A program made the position numbers and the translations under genes. From assembly GCA_977862235.1 (NCBI GenBank), contig OZ374558.1, positions 2,542,001-2,606,000 on the forward strand: a stretch of DNA of 64,000 nucleotides. Reading direction: 5' to 3'. Under the pieces are notes generated by a model. That model saw only the letters and a list, made by a program, of their open reading frames with translations. It made no database searches and had not been told where the DNA came from. Below are positions 1-11,284 of this stretch, in pieces; within the stretch, counting starts at the first letter, position 1; each line of letters begins with the position of its first letter. Source of the DNA: Dudresnaya verticillata (Eukaryota).

Positions 1-145
1 TGGCACCGAGGCCGTTACGAATCATTCGAGTACGAAGCGTCTCCCGCGTTGAAGCGCATTCGTGCTCACGTAGTACTACTTAGACAGTCGTCTGGCACAA
101 CCTCCGAGGGTTTCCGGTAAGCGACTAGCGCCCGGACCTCGGAGT
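1..145 (+). repeat. Left part of an older family-A LTR in opposite orientation; target of the A1 insertion
   Basis: Reverse complement of LTR positions ~453-598; rejoins 10345 onward (..GACCTCGGAGT|CTTCGGTAAACG..). Confidence 0.93.
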
Positions 146-998
146 TGTGGTATAACGAAAACGAAGTCCACGGAGACGCGGGGAAGTCTCGCACTGTAAG
201 CGAATGGCCTCGGAGCCAGCGAATGGCCTCGTAGCCTAACGAAGAAACGAAAACGGGGTGGTAGCGTGGTAGAGCGGAGCGGCTAACACGAAGGACCACG
301 GTGTCAACGTATTCGTGTGCGGAAGGGAGAACTCGAGCGATCGATCACCGGGGATAACTCCGGGTGCGCGAGGCTATCGAAAGTGAGGCTCGACCGTATC
401 CGCAGTCACGAAGACGAAGACACCGAACTCGAAGAAACAGCGTTTACCGAAGACTCCGAGGTCCGGGCGCTAGTCGCTTATCGGGAACCCTCGGAGGTTG
501 TGCCAGACGACTGGCTACTAAGTAGTACTACGGGAGCACGAATGCGCGTCAACGCGGGAGACGTTTTCGTACTCGAATGATTCGTAACGGCCTCGGTGCC
601 AACGAACGGTCGCCTCACGTATGGTGGCGGTTGCGAAGTGAGCCAGCGATGCATACGGAGGTGCGCGTGTCTCGTGGGCCGCGGTGCCGTTACGCGCGGG
701 AAACAACGGGAAAGTCACGAAGGTGTCAGCGATTTCGTATCGGGTGCGCACTGTAATGCGAATGCCATCGTGGCGCGCGCGATCACGAAGTCGGATCGGG
801 ATTCATCCGGAGGTGTCAGCGATTTCGTATCACGTGCGTGCTGTAATGCGTATGCCATCGTGGCGCGCGCGCGGTATGCGCTCTGTAATACGTGTGCCAT
901 CGTCGCGTGCGCATTCACGAAGTCACTTTGAAATTCGTATTTCTCGGTTCTTTTCACGTAGATCACGGAGTCATTTCACGGATAGCGTCTATACCACA
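146..998 (-). repeat. 3' LTR of A1
   Basis: Direct repeat of 9487-10339 with 2 differences seen by eye; adjacent to the PPT; internal 90-bp-period repeat at 719-912. Confidence 0.97.
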
Positions 999-1015
999 CG
1001 GTCCCCTCCTCAAGA
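999..1015 (-). promoter_or_regulatory. Polypurine tract of A1
   Basis: Minus strand TCTTGAGGAGGGGACCG abuts the LTR. Confidence 0.85.
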
Positions 1016-1050
1016 GCGAACGTCCCGGTCGCGGGTTACGGATTTACGAA

Positions 1051-1560
1051 TTGGCGTGGCCTGCGTGCAAACGATGCAATACGAAGCGCGGAATTTCGAT
1101 ATGGTCCGACCGCGACAAACCGAGAGTTGCGAATCGCGATTGACTTGGACCTCGGCGTCCGCGAAGACCTCGGAAATCACGGAGACAAAACGGATTCGTA
1201 ATCGCAGCTTCGATTCTCGAATGGCGTGCGTGCGAGTGCAGCGATGCAATACGGTGCACGGAATTTCGATATGGTCCGACCGCGACAAACCGAGAGTTGC
1301 GAATCGCGATTGACTTGGACCTCGGCGTCCGCGAAGACCTCGGGAATCACGGAGACAAAACGGATTCGTAATCGTAGCTTCGGTTCTCGAATGGCGTGCG
1401 TGCGAGTGCAGCGATGCAATACGGTGCACGGAATTTCGATACGGTCCGACCGCGACAAACCGAGAGTTGCGAATCGCGATTGACTTGGACCTCGGAGTCC
1501 GCGAAGACCTCGGGAATCACGGAGACAAAACGGATTCGTAATCGCAGCTTCGGTTCTCGA
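1051..1560. repeat. Tandem repeat, 3 x 170 bp, in the A1 3' non-coding region
   Basis: Units start at 1051, 1221 and 1391 and are near identical. Confidence 0.95.
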
Positions 1561-2428
1561 ATGGCGGGGTCATCGAAACTTCGGAATTTCACGTGCACGG
1601 CCCCCTCCTCAAGACGAAGGCGTCCGCGGCAACGTGCTTGGGGGGGTTGCGGATACGCGCTCCTCGGAGAGCTGTGTGGGTGTTGCGATGATCGCGCAGG
1701 GCAGGTAGCGTGAGCTCCGGGGTTGTTGCGGGCGGGCGAGCTGCTTCGGGGGCGCATCGGTGCGGGCGGAACGTATGCGTAATGGGGCGCCGAGGCCATG
1801 CGAGAGACTCCGTGGTCGTTGCGAAGGTGCGTCGGAACAGGTGAGCTCCGTGTCGCAAGTGAGGCGCGGGTGCGAAGTCGAAGTGCGCGTGGCGGGTGGC
1901 ATCGGCCTCGAAGTATGACGTCAGGCGCGTATGAAAGTTACGTATAGGTCAGCGTGTCCGTCCGCCGCGGTGTCAGCTCCTGTAATGCGAGTGCCGCGGT
2001 GCAACCGGGTGCGCGCGGTGCGCCTTTGTCGAATATCACGAAGCGCGTGGGACGCAGTGTGTGTCCACCGCCGCAGCGGTGGGCGCACCCGTCGCGAAAC
2101 GGAACGCTTCCGACTACGTGAGAAGCGACTTCGTGTGGGCATCGGCGCTTGCGGACACGGTGATGCGGAGTGGGCTTCGTGATGCCACCGAGGGCTGCGT
2201 TGTCATGTGCGGGGTGGCGGCCATCTGCTCCGAGGCATCCGTGTGTGTCGGGGCTGTGGTCGTGCGCGACGAAGGTGCGTCGTGAAATACGGAGTCGAGT
2301 CACGAAGGTGGGCCGCGATGTCGAGTAGCACGAAGTTGGGCCGCGATGTGCGCCGAGCGGCACTGGGCGATCGGATGCTCCGAGGCAATCGGAATGAGCA
2401 GCTTCGTAGTCAGCACGTGGTGGGAGCG

Positions 2429-4332
2429 TTAATCGTGCGACGAATTGCGGGGCACGAAGTCGGGGCCACGGAACCACTCGGGGTCCCAGTCGGAGAGCCA
2501 TTCGTGGGCGAGTAGCACGGGATCACGCGGGTCCGCTTGGCTTCGAAGCCTTGCGAAGTAGCGCGAAACGAGTTCTTCGGGCACGTGCGTACGAGGTTCC
2601 CACGTAGGCGTCGCGTAGCCGTCCCACTTGATACGAAACACGAATTTCCCGTCTTCGTCGGTCGAGTGATCGAGGATGCGATCGACAACGTATTCGGGGC
2701 CTTCGTTGACCTTTTCCGCAATGTCTTCGGGTCGCGTAATCGACGGTCGCGTATTCGTAGGGGGTGGCGCGTAGATGCAGCGGTCCGTGGAGACGCGTTC
2801 AACGAGGCCCTTGCGATCGATCACGAGTGTACGCGTATCGTTGAAGAGCACTTTGTACGTCCCCTCCGCGGGGGATTTCAACTTCGGAAGTTTCGTTTTC
2901 CCATCGTGGGTATCGAGGAACACGTAGTCTCCGGGTTTGACGCGGCTCTTCGTGTGGCGGATGCGCTTATCGAAGTCGCGTTTGTAACGATTCTGAACTC
3001 GCTGTTTGGCCGATGCTTTCGGGAGCGATGTTTCACGGTGAACTCGGGCGGCGGTCGCGATAAAACGAGATTGAACGGAGTTGTCTTCGTAGACCGATGA
3101 ACGTGGCATTTGTACGAATACGTTAACGCGGAAACGTAGCGGTCCCAATCGTTTTGGTGGTCGTTCACGTAGTTACGAAGCATCGCGAGGATAGTGCGGT
3201 TATAGCGTTCGGTTTGTCCATTCGTTTGCGGATGATACACGGAAGTGAATACGTTCGATAACCCGAGTAAGCGACAGACGCCCTGAAAGAACTTCGAAGT
3301 AAACTGTTTCCCGTTATCCGAGAGCACCGAGGCTGGCGGTCCGTACTTGAATATCCAAACTTCGCAAAAGGCAACGGCCACGTGATACGCGGTTATGACT
3401 CGTAGTGTGGCCACCTGGGTCAACTTCGTAAAGCGATCCGTAATCACGAGAATGAACTTGCGTCCGGATTTCGTTCGTGGCAACGGGCCTAAGATGTCAA
3501 TCGCGACCGATTCGAGTGGGCGCGTAGCGGGGAAGAGCTTCAAGCGATGAAGATTCCTTCGGAGACGGATTCGATTCCTTGCGCAATGTTTGCAGTTACG
3601 AACCGTGGATGCGATATCGGCTGCCATGTAAGGCCAGTAATACGTTTCACGAAGTGAGTAGAACATACGATTTTGCCCCGGGTGGCCAGCTAGTAACGAA
3701 TGATGCGCCAGCGTGAGCAAGCGAGGTCGGAGCGTCTCGGGCAATACGATTTGCGTTAGCTTCGGACTCGTTGGGTGCGTTCGTCGCAGGAGACCGTCTC
3801 CATCTTCGTGAAAGAGACTATCCTTCGTTTTCGATTGTCGTGATTGCACCGTTTGGCAGAACGAATCAATACGTTGTCCTTCGAGGATTTCGGTTACCAT
3901 AATCGGCGCAGGGAGGTCCACGGGTCTCACGTCGGTGAGGTCACTCGGTTCTTCGTTGGGGTCAATTCGATAAAGGTCAAACGGATCATCGTCATCGATA
4001 TCGTCCCATAAGTCGCAGTCATCGTAGACATCCGTTTGGCCTGCGTATTCATCACGTAGTTCTGCGTCGTGTTCATGGTCGCAGCCTTCGTAGCACGTAT
4101 GATTTGGGGTTCGGAACCCGTGGTGACCTCCGTGGGTCGTGGCGTAGTGCCTGCTCGATGTACGCGTGTCGCGGGTGTAGTCTTTCGCGTAGAGTCGTGG
4201 CGAATCGCGGTGGGCTTCGATTGACGTTTGCGGGATCGCGTAGTAATGAGAACCGGGTCTCTTTCGTTTTCGATGGTTTTCGTAATGTCGTTGCGGAAAC
4301 GTTCTTCGTTCTGCGCTGCGATTTGATCCGAG
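2429..4332 (-). pseudogene. Integrase plus chromodomain of A1, frameshifted by a 73-bp deletion near 3005
   Basis: HHCC zinc motif, IDILGP and SDNG core, EYVVDRILDH..WDGY..TWEP chromodomain. Offset to A2 changes from 31315 to 31242 across the deletion. Confidence 0.92.
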
Positions 4333-6947
4333 TCAAACGTAGGAACTTCGTCGTCGATTGCGGGTTGTTCGCGAAGCGGAAGTAGCAATCGCGAGAGGGC
4401 ATCGGGAATCTGGTGGACGCGACCGGGGCGATACACGATTTCGAAGTCGAATTCGGCTAAGCGAAGCCTCCATCGCTTGAGTCGCCCGGACGAATCGGTA
4501 AGGGAAAGAAGCCATCGGAGAGCATCGTCGTCCGTACGCACGGTGAGCCGGGTCCCTTCGATATACGGACGCAACGAAGTAACCGCCCATACGACTGCGT
4601 AGCATTCGCGCTCGGTTGCGGAGTAGTTCTTCTCGGCATCGTTTAACGAATACGACCAGTAGCCCACGGGTTGGAATTCTTCGTTATCTTGCTCCTGTAG
4701 CAACGCGCATCCGAGTTGATACGCAGACGTGTCCGTATCGATAATGTAACGTTTCCCGAGTTGCGGTAACCGGAGTATCGGCGGTGACACGAGCTTCCGT
4801 TTGAGCGTTTCGAATGCGGTAACCTGATCCTCCGTGGGATTCTCGTAGTCGGGATCCGCGTCCTTTCGCGTCAGGTTCGTCAATGGTCGCGCAATTTTCG
4901 CGAAGTCTTTCACGAATCTTCGGTATACGTTACACGCGCCAAGGAACGAACGGACTTGCGTGAGTGTCTTCGGGAACTTCGCGTATCGGAATGCTTCGGA
5001 GCTCTTCTCGGCCATATTCAGCTTCCCCGGGGAAATTACGTGTCCGAGATAGTCGACTCGCTTTCGGAAAAGGAAGCACTTCTTCATCTTGAGCGAAACT
5101 CCGGAGTTACGAAGTAGCGTGAGAACTTGATCGAGATGCGCGATGTGTTCACGAAGATTCGCGGAGAAAACGATCACGTCATCGAGGTAAACGAGACAGC
5201 ACTGCCAACGGACTCCGGATAGAATAATGTCGAGTGCGCGTTGAAACGTAGCGGGCGCGTTTTTCAATCCGAAGGGCATACGAAGATAACGATACGTTCC
5301 GAGAAACGAAGTAGACGTAGTCTTATCGCGGTCTTCCGGGGCAACCGGAATCTGCCAGTACCCGCTGTTACAATCGAGTGTCGAGAAAATCGAAGCGTCT
5401 CCGAGTGAATCGATACAATCTTCCATCCGGGGAAGTGGGTACGCGTCGGATAGCGTCTTCGTATTGAGTCTTCGGTAATCTACGCAAAAACGAAGTGTTC
5501 CGTCTTTCTTCGGTGCGAGGACTACGGGGGACGCCCACTCCGAGGTGGCTGGTTCGATTACTCCGGCTTCGAGCATACTGTCGATTTCGTTACGCACGAT
5601 TTCACGTATTGCGTGCCCTTGACGATAGGGCATCGAACGGATAGGTCGAGTACCGGGTTGTAGATCGATCCGATGCTCCGTGGCTGCGATCGTTCCGAGG
5701 TCTCCGTTCCACATCGATTCGTGCTTACGTAGCATCTCGAGGACCTCGTTTCGCATAGTTTCATCGGGTATGTTCGAAAGGTCTACGCGTTCTTCCCAAT
5801 CGCGGGAACTCGAATTGGCTTCTGCTGCTGCAGTCGCGGCACCCTTCGTGAGCGGTTTTTCCTTCGTGGATACGGATTCTTCGGGTGACTTCGAGTCGTC
5901 GTGCTCACGTAGCGTAGAGATGTTGAGCACCTTGGCAAACGAATCCGCGACTTCGCGATCGGGTGTCAGAATCGCGAGAGGGTTTCGAGCTGCGTATCCG
6001 ATGACGGTTCCCTTCGGTAGAGCTCGAGGCTTATCCGTGAAGTTCGCCATCAACACCGAAAACTCGCGATTCGGACTGACTTCGTGTATCCCGTTCGTTA
6101 ACCGTACTCCGTGTCGGTGTTGTAACGAAGGCTTCGGTTCGATATGAATTAGTCCGAGTGCTTCCGAGGTCACGGTGACTAGCTTCTGCGAATAACTCGG
6201 TATGGTGACGCGGCGGTTCAAACGAATGGTACGGGTATCACGGTCCCAATCGTGGAGCTCGCGTTGGTGTCGCTTCGATAGCGTTTTCTCGAATTTCTGC
6301 TTCGGATTTTTCGAATTAGTGACGGGTGGAGCCGATCCAGCAATGCGGTTGATAATCGGAATCTTGCTTCCACTCTTCGTGATGAGCCTCCGTGGGCTGA
6401 GCTCGATGCTTCGTAAATGCGCGTCCATCCACGAAGTTCCAAGGAGAACGTCGACCGCGAGTTTCTCCGCAACCACGAAGGGTACGCGGTATCGAACGTT
6501 CCCGAGGCGGACTGTCAGGTAAACGATACCATCGAGTCGCAACGGGGTGCGATCAGCGGACGCGAGCCTCGGAGCTGATTCCATCGTGGACGCGTTCGCT
6601 TCCCAACCGGTGGGTAACGCAGCCCGGGCTATTAAGTTGTAACCGGAACACGTATCGACTGCAATCGTATGCGGCGTCATTACGGAGGCATCGAGGCCAA
6701 TGGATCCGGTCACGAGGAAGATCTCCGAAGTCATTAAGCAAACGTATCCCTCGGTGGTAACTTCGGGTTCGGTCTTCGAGATCGGTTTCGTCTTCGAATT
6801 GTTTTCGCACGAAGCGTCTTTCGCGAGGACTCGACATCGCTTTCGGTCTCGTCGTCGTGCAGCGCGCTTCCTTCGCATCGTAGTGGCTCTCGGAATCGGA
6901 ATACGCGGTGTGTCTCGGGGAACGGATTTAGACGAAGTACGTGACAC
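3927..6947 (-). CDS. pol: A1 pol: protease, reverse transcriptase, RNase H
   Basis: VDTCSG protease, LRFCVDYRRLN, YLDD, RNase H DTS..ERE..RTD, IPDALSR. Confidence 0.93.
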   Translation of the reverse strand: MSRTSSKSVPRDTPRIPIPRATTMRRKRAARRRDRKRCRVLAKDASCENNSKTKPISKTEPEVTTEGYVCLMTSEIFLVTGSIGLDASVMTPHTIAVDTCSGYNLIARAALPTGWEANASTMESAPRLASADRTPLRLDGIVYLTVRLGNVRYRVPFVVAEKLAVDVLLGTSWMDAHLRSIELSPRRLITKSGSKIPIINRIAGSAPPVTNSKNPKQKFEKTLSKRHQRELHDWDRDTRTIRLNRRVTIPSYSQKLVTVTSEALGLIHIEPKPSLQHRHGVRLTNGIHEVSPNREFSVLMANFTDKPRALPKGTVIGYAARNPLAILTPDREVADSFAKVLNISTLREHDDSKSPEESVSTKEKPLTKGAATAAAEANSSSRDWEERVDLSNIPDETMRNEVLEMLRKHESMWNGDLGTIAATEHRIDLQPGTRPIRSMPYRQGHAIREIVRNEIDSMLEAGVIEPATSEWASPVVLAPKKDGTLRFCVDYRRLNTKTLSDAYPLPRMEDCIDSLGDASIFSTLDCNSGYWQIPVAPEDRDKTTSTSFLGTYRYLRMPFGLKNAPATFQRALDIILSGVRWQCCLVYLDDVIVFSANLREHIAHLDQVLTLLRNSGVSLKMKKCFLFRKRVDYLGHVISPGKLNMAEKSSEAFRYAKFPKTLTQVRSFLGACNVYRRFVKDFAKIARPLTNLTRKDADPDYENPTEDQVTAFETLKRKLVSPPILRLPQLGKRYIIDTDTSAYQLGCALLQEQDNEEFQPVGYWSYSLNDAEKNYSATERECYAVVWAVTSLRPYIEGTRLTVRTDDDALRWLLSLTDSSGRLKRWRLRLAEFDFEIVYRPGRVHQIPDALSRLLLPLREQPAIDDEVPTFDSDQIAAQNEERFRNDITKTIENERDPVLITTRSRKRQSKPTAIRHDSTRKTTPATRVHRAGTTPRPTEVTTGSEPQIIRATKAATMNTTQNYVMNTQAKRMSTMTATYGTISMTMIRLTFIELTPTKNRVTSPT

Positions 6948-6964
6948 AACGGGCGTCTTCGCCT

Positions 6965-9415
6965 TTACCCGTTTTCCGAACTCGAACTAGAATCCGAATT
7001 GCGAGCGTCCGCGTCCAATGGGGAGGTTGATCGATCACCTCTTCCGTTGTTCGCGGAGTCTTCGTAAGCCTCCGAGGGCAGGTTCGGGTGACTCGGCTCA
7101 ATCGCGTCAACGTTTTCACGGACTGCGAGAATCGGTTGACGGCCCGGGGCCTGCGCGTGTCTCGGATTGCGGAGGACGGTCGGTGGTCCTCGACGCTCGA
7201 AGCTGACTTGACGCTTGGCTCGGTCCCTCGGGTAGCGCGTATCGCCTTGACGAAGATCTCGGTTTACGCGATTGTCACGTGATCCTCGGGAGTCTTGTCC
7301 ACGGTGACCTCGATTGTCAACGGACGCGAACGAATTCCCTCTTGATGCGCCGCGATTCACGAAGTTATTACGCGTATACGGTCTCGTCTCGAGTTGGTAC
7401 AAGTAGTTCTGGTACGCGCAATAGAGTTGTTGCTCCTTCGTGAGATACGGACACGAATACATGAGGTGAACAATTTCGCGACAGAACCAACACGGCCACG
7501 CATCTTGATTCTTCGGTATCATCGAACGCGCCATCTCGATTTGCTCCGGGGTCATCGGGGGGACACGCGCGGGTACGAAACGCTCGATGCGACTCGTGAG
7601 ATCTAACGTATCGTCCACGGAGACCGTTGTCGAAGTAGTCGGTGTAGCGGATGTGGACCCGGTTCCTGAACAAATCATCATCACGGCCATTTGCGGGTCT
7701 TCGTTCATCGGGTACTCGTATTCACTCCCGGGAGTGTCGCAAGCTTCGATAAGCATCGTGCGTCCGGGCGCTTGGCGATTCTTCGGGTACGTAGGAGACA
7801 CTCGGTTCTTCGAATCACGCGACTGTTGGGCCGCGGTGTCACGTAGTTCGCGAGCTCGGAATGTCGTGCCTTCGGCTTGCGCGATTCGTTGCACGCTCAT
7901 AAAATTCTTCTGCTCGGACAGCGGTAAACGGCGAACCTGGTCGGCCACGATAGGATACGTAGTAGGTAGTAATCCACGAATAAACTGGTGCGTTAACGAA
8001 GAGTCATCGTAGACACCGGAGCAGACATCCGCGTAGCCTTGCAAACGAGTCGCAAACTCCATCTCGGTTTCATCGGACTTCTGCTTCGCGGTTATCACGC
8101 GATCGTGTGCGTCTGCGATTACGTCTTCCGTGAGAAATCGCTGTAGTAACACGTTCACGATCGCGGACCAGCAAACCGGGTTGCCCGTACGAACGCCTCC
8201 GAAGGCATAGTTTTGATACACCTTGAGCGCGGTCTCATCGAGAAACCACGAAATCGTACGAACTGCTGCTCCTTCGGTGAGCCGACTCCGTTCAGCGCTT
8301 GTCGAATATCACGAAGAAATGCGAGAACCTTAATCGGGTCGCGTCCCGTGAACTTCTCGAGTCTCGGCATCATCGAACGCATGCGTGAAACGGTTTTCGA
8401 CGTGTTACCTCGGAATACTTCGTGTTGATTATCCCGAGGTGACGAATTCGTGAGTCGATACGATCGATAGCTTACGGCCCGCGCGAATTCGGGGATGAGC
8501 GTCGGTATCGGTTCGACGCCCGGCTCGAGCGGTCCCCAGTGCCAGAACGATGACACGGGTCCCGCGAGCGCTAACGGATTTTCTGTTACGGGTCCTCCGG
8601 GGGACATCGGTGGTTGCAGCGAATCTCGGAATACTGCGGGGTTGATACGGGGGTTGTCGGAGGCATCGGTTGCCTGATTCGATAAAGCGTGCGGGGACGG
8701 ATTCGGATACGTGTTTTTCGGTAACGTAGATTGGGCACCCGGGCCTTGCACGGGTTGAACTAGCGGCGAATTGCGGGGGTCAGGACGGGCTTCGGAATGA
8801 TCTTCGCGACTTCGAGACTTCGGTAACGCTGCGGACACGATGTCACGAATTGCGTTCAACTGTTCCTCGGAGAATGCGTGCGAGCTGCGAACGGGAAGCG
8901 AGTGACTCGCCTTGCCCACGGGGGCGGATACGTTGCGCTCGAGCACGAGAAACCGATTGCTGACTCCCGAGACGAGATCCCGTAGACTGTCGAGTGAGTC
9001 TTCGATCCTACGGACCTTGCCAGCGCGGAGATTGTTGAACTCTTCGTGAACTCGATTGTGCGTATTACGAATCGAAAGCTGCGTGATACGGTACGCAGTA
9101 GAAAGCGCATCGATGACCTCTTCGTAGAGTAAACGTAATTCGGAACCGGAGACGTGCTTCATCGAGAAGAGTCGATCGACGGTATCCGAGGGAACGATTT
9201 CCAACGGAGTGTACGTATACGAGAGGTCGGACTGGCTACCGTGAGCCTGCGAACGCGAGTCTGTGCGAAGATCGGGTACCGTTATTCGTGAAGCGCGAGT
9301 GCGAGAAAAACGGTTCTCGGTCACTCGCGTTCGAGTCGAACAACGGGAGCTCCGGAATCGGTACGTCATCGGGTTTCGGTACCGGCGAATCGGGACGACT
9401 CGGAGCGTGAGACAT
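6965..9415 (-). pseudogene. gag: A1 gag, frameshifted near 8283 and near 9305
   Basis: Colinear with the intact 814-aa gag of A2; CCHC knuckle CWFCREIVHLMYSC. Confidence 0.9.
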
Positions 9416-9467
9416 CGTGTCTCGGATAGAAACGAATTACGAATAAATGCGAAACTTCGGGACCACG

Positions 9468-9485
9468 TTCTAGGTCGGGAGACCA
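9468..9485 (-). promoter_or_regulatory. Primer binding site, tRNA-Tyr-like
   Basis: TGGTCTCCCGACCTAGAA 1 nt after the LTR. Its complement ends G72-A73-CCA, matching the eukaryotic tRNA-Tyr identity C1:G72/A73. Confidence 0.8.
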
Positions 9486-9486
9486 G

Positions 9487-10339
9487 TGTGGTATAACGAA
9501 AACGAAGTCCACGGAGACGCGGGGAAGTCTCGCACTGTAAGCGAATGGCCTCGGAGCCAGCGAATGGCCTCGTAGCCTAACGAAGAAACGAAAACGGGGT
9601 GGTAGCGTGGTAGAGCGGAGCGGCTAACACGAAGGACCACGGTGTCAACGTATTCGTGTGCGGAAGGGAGAACTCGAGCGATCGATCACCGGGGATAACT
9701 CCGGGTGCGCGAGGCTATCGAAAGTGAGGCTCGACCGTATCCGCAGTCACGAAGACAAAGACACCGAACTCGAAGAAACAGCGTTTACCGAAGACTCCGA
9801 GGTCCGGGCGCTAGTCGCTTATCGGGAACCCTCGGAGGTTGTGCCAGACGACTGGCTACTAAGTAGTACTACGGGAGCACGAATGCGCGTCAACGCGGGA
9901 GACGTTTTCGTACTCGAATGATTCGTAACGGCCTCGGTGCCAACGAACGGTCGCCTCACGTATGGTGGCGGTTGCGAAGTGCGCCAGCGATGCATACGGA
10001 GGTGCGCGTGTCTCGTGGGCCGCGGTGCCGTTACGCGCGGGAAACAACGGGAAAGTCACGAAGGTGTCAGCGATTTCGTATCGGGTGCGCACTGTAATGC
10101 GAATGCCATCGTGGCGCGCGCGATCACGAAGTCGGATCGGGATTCATCCGGAGGTGTCAGCGATTTCGTATCACGTGCGTGCTGTAATGCGTATGCCATC
10201 GTGGCGCGCGCGCGGTATGCGCTCTGTAATACGTGTGCCATCGTCGCGTGCGCATTCACGAAGTCACTTTGAAATTCGTATTTCTCGGTTCTTTTCACGT
10301 AGATCACGGAGTCATTTCACGGATAGCGTCTATACCACA
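9487..10339 (-). repeat. 5' LTR of A1
   Basis: Repeat of 146-998, adjacent to the PBS. Confidence 0.97.
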
Positions 10340-10647
10340 GGAGTCTTCGGTAAACGCCTGTTTCTTCGAGTTCGGTGTCTTCGTCTTCGTGACCGCGGAT
10401 AGGGTCGAGCCTCGCTTTCGATAGCCCCGCGCACCCGGAGTCATCCCCGGTGATCGATTGCTCGAGTTCTCCCTTCCGCACATGAATACGTTGACACCGT
10501 GGTCCTTCGTTTTTGTCGCTCTGCTCTACCACGCTACCACACCTTTTCGTTTCTCCGTTAGGCTACGAGGCCATTCGTTAGGCTCCGAGGCCATTTCTTA
10601 CAGTGCGAGACTTCCCCGCGTCACCGTGGACTTCGTTATACTACACA
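10340..10647 (+). repeat. Right part of the older inverted family-A LTR
   Basis: Diverged reverse complement of LTR 146-457; ends ..CGTTATACTACACA; no PBS follows. Confidence 0.9.
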
Positions 10648-10743
10648 ATAATTCCCGAGACGGTCCCCGTTGACGTAACCTTGTTTCATCGTATATGTTC
10701 TCTATGCGACCCTCAGTCAGTTGCAAATAGAATTGAGGCGGTT

Positions 10744-11284
10744 TTATCGCCTATCTGTTCCTTTACAACCCTTGTAAAGCTTCCATGAGTCGACAACACA
10801 AATGCCAAAAAGTGTTGTGTTGACGCGTGTTGCCCAACCCTTCACCTCAATTTTGTTCTCAAGAGCAACGTCATCCTTTCGGCACCTGTTGCTTATTTCA
10901 AGCTGAGCACAGATGTGTAGTAGTAGGACTGACATACAGTTGGAATCTTGACTGTGCCACAATGACTTCCAATTGCGTCAAACCAGTCGCTCCATTTCTA
11001 GTACGCCAGCGCTCACGGTAGACTGGCGTAGTGTTGACTGATTTTGATTCTGTACTGATAAAGTAGCGTCGATTTCTGTCAACCCACATTAGTGCCATCA
11101 TTTCAAGGTTTCCAGAAGATGAGACAAGAGAAACATGATCACCCATTTTCGACACCTCAATCTTGGAGAGATAATCCATGGGATACCTTTTGGTAGATGT
11201 TTTGAAAACTCCCGTAAATCGTAGCCCTCTCTGATGGAGTGCTTCAGCTCCCTCCACAGAAGCAAAGAAAGAATCTGCACAAAC
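10744..11284 (-). pseudogene. piggyBac-like DDD transposase fragment
   Basis: VCADSFFAS..GLRFTGVFK, MWVDRNRRYFIST and NRCRKDDVALENK..FGICVVDSW across two frames; cut by LTR B1. Confidence 0.75.

Larger units (their letters stand above)
146..10339 (-). mobile_element. Ty3/gypsy chromodomain LTR retrotransposon, family A copy 1 (full length, defective)
   Basis: 853-bp LTRs TGTGGTATA..TATACCACA, TSD GGAGT (141-145 and 10340-10344), PBS, PPT, gag-PR-RT-RH-IN-chromodomain order. Confidence 0.97.

Noticed and set aside
261..290. tRNA gene or SINE suggested by TGGTAGAGCGGAG
   Set aside because: No B-box or cloverleaf nearby; only a short motif inside the LTR.
1051..1560. CRISPR-like array
   Set aside because: Head-to-tail 170-bp units with no unique spacers, in a eukaryotic retroelement.
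317..2515. Short ORFs in the A LTR and 3' region
   Set aside because: GTG/TTG starts, generated by repeats, and no recognisable domains.
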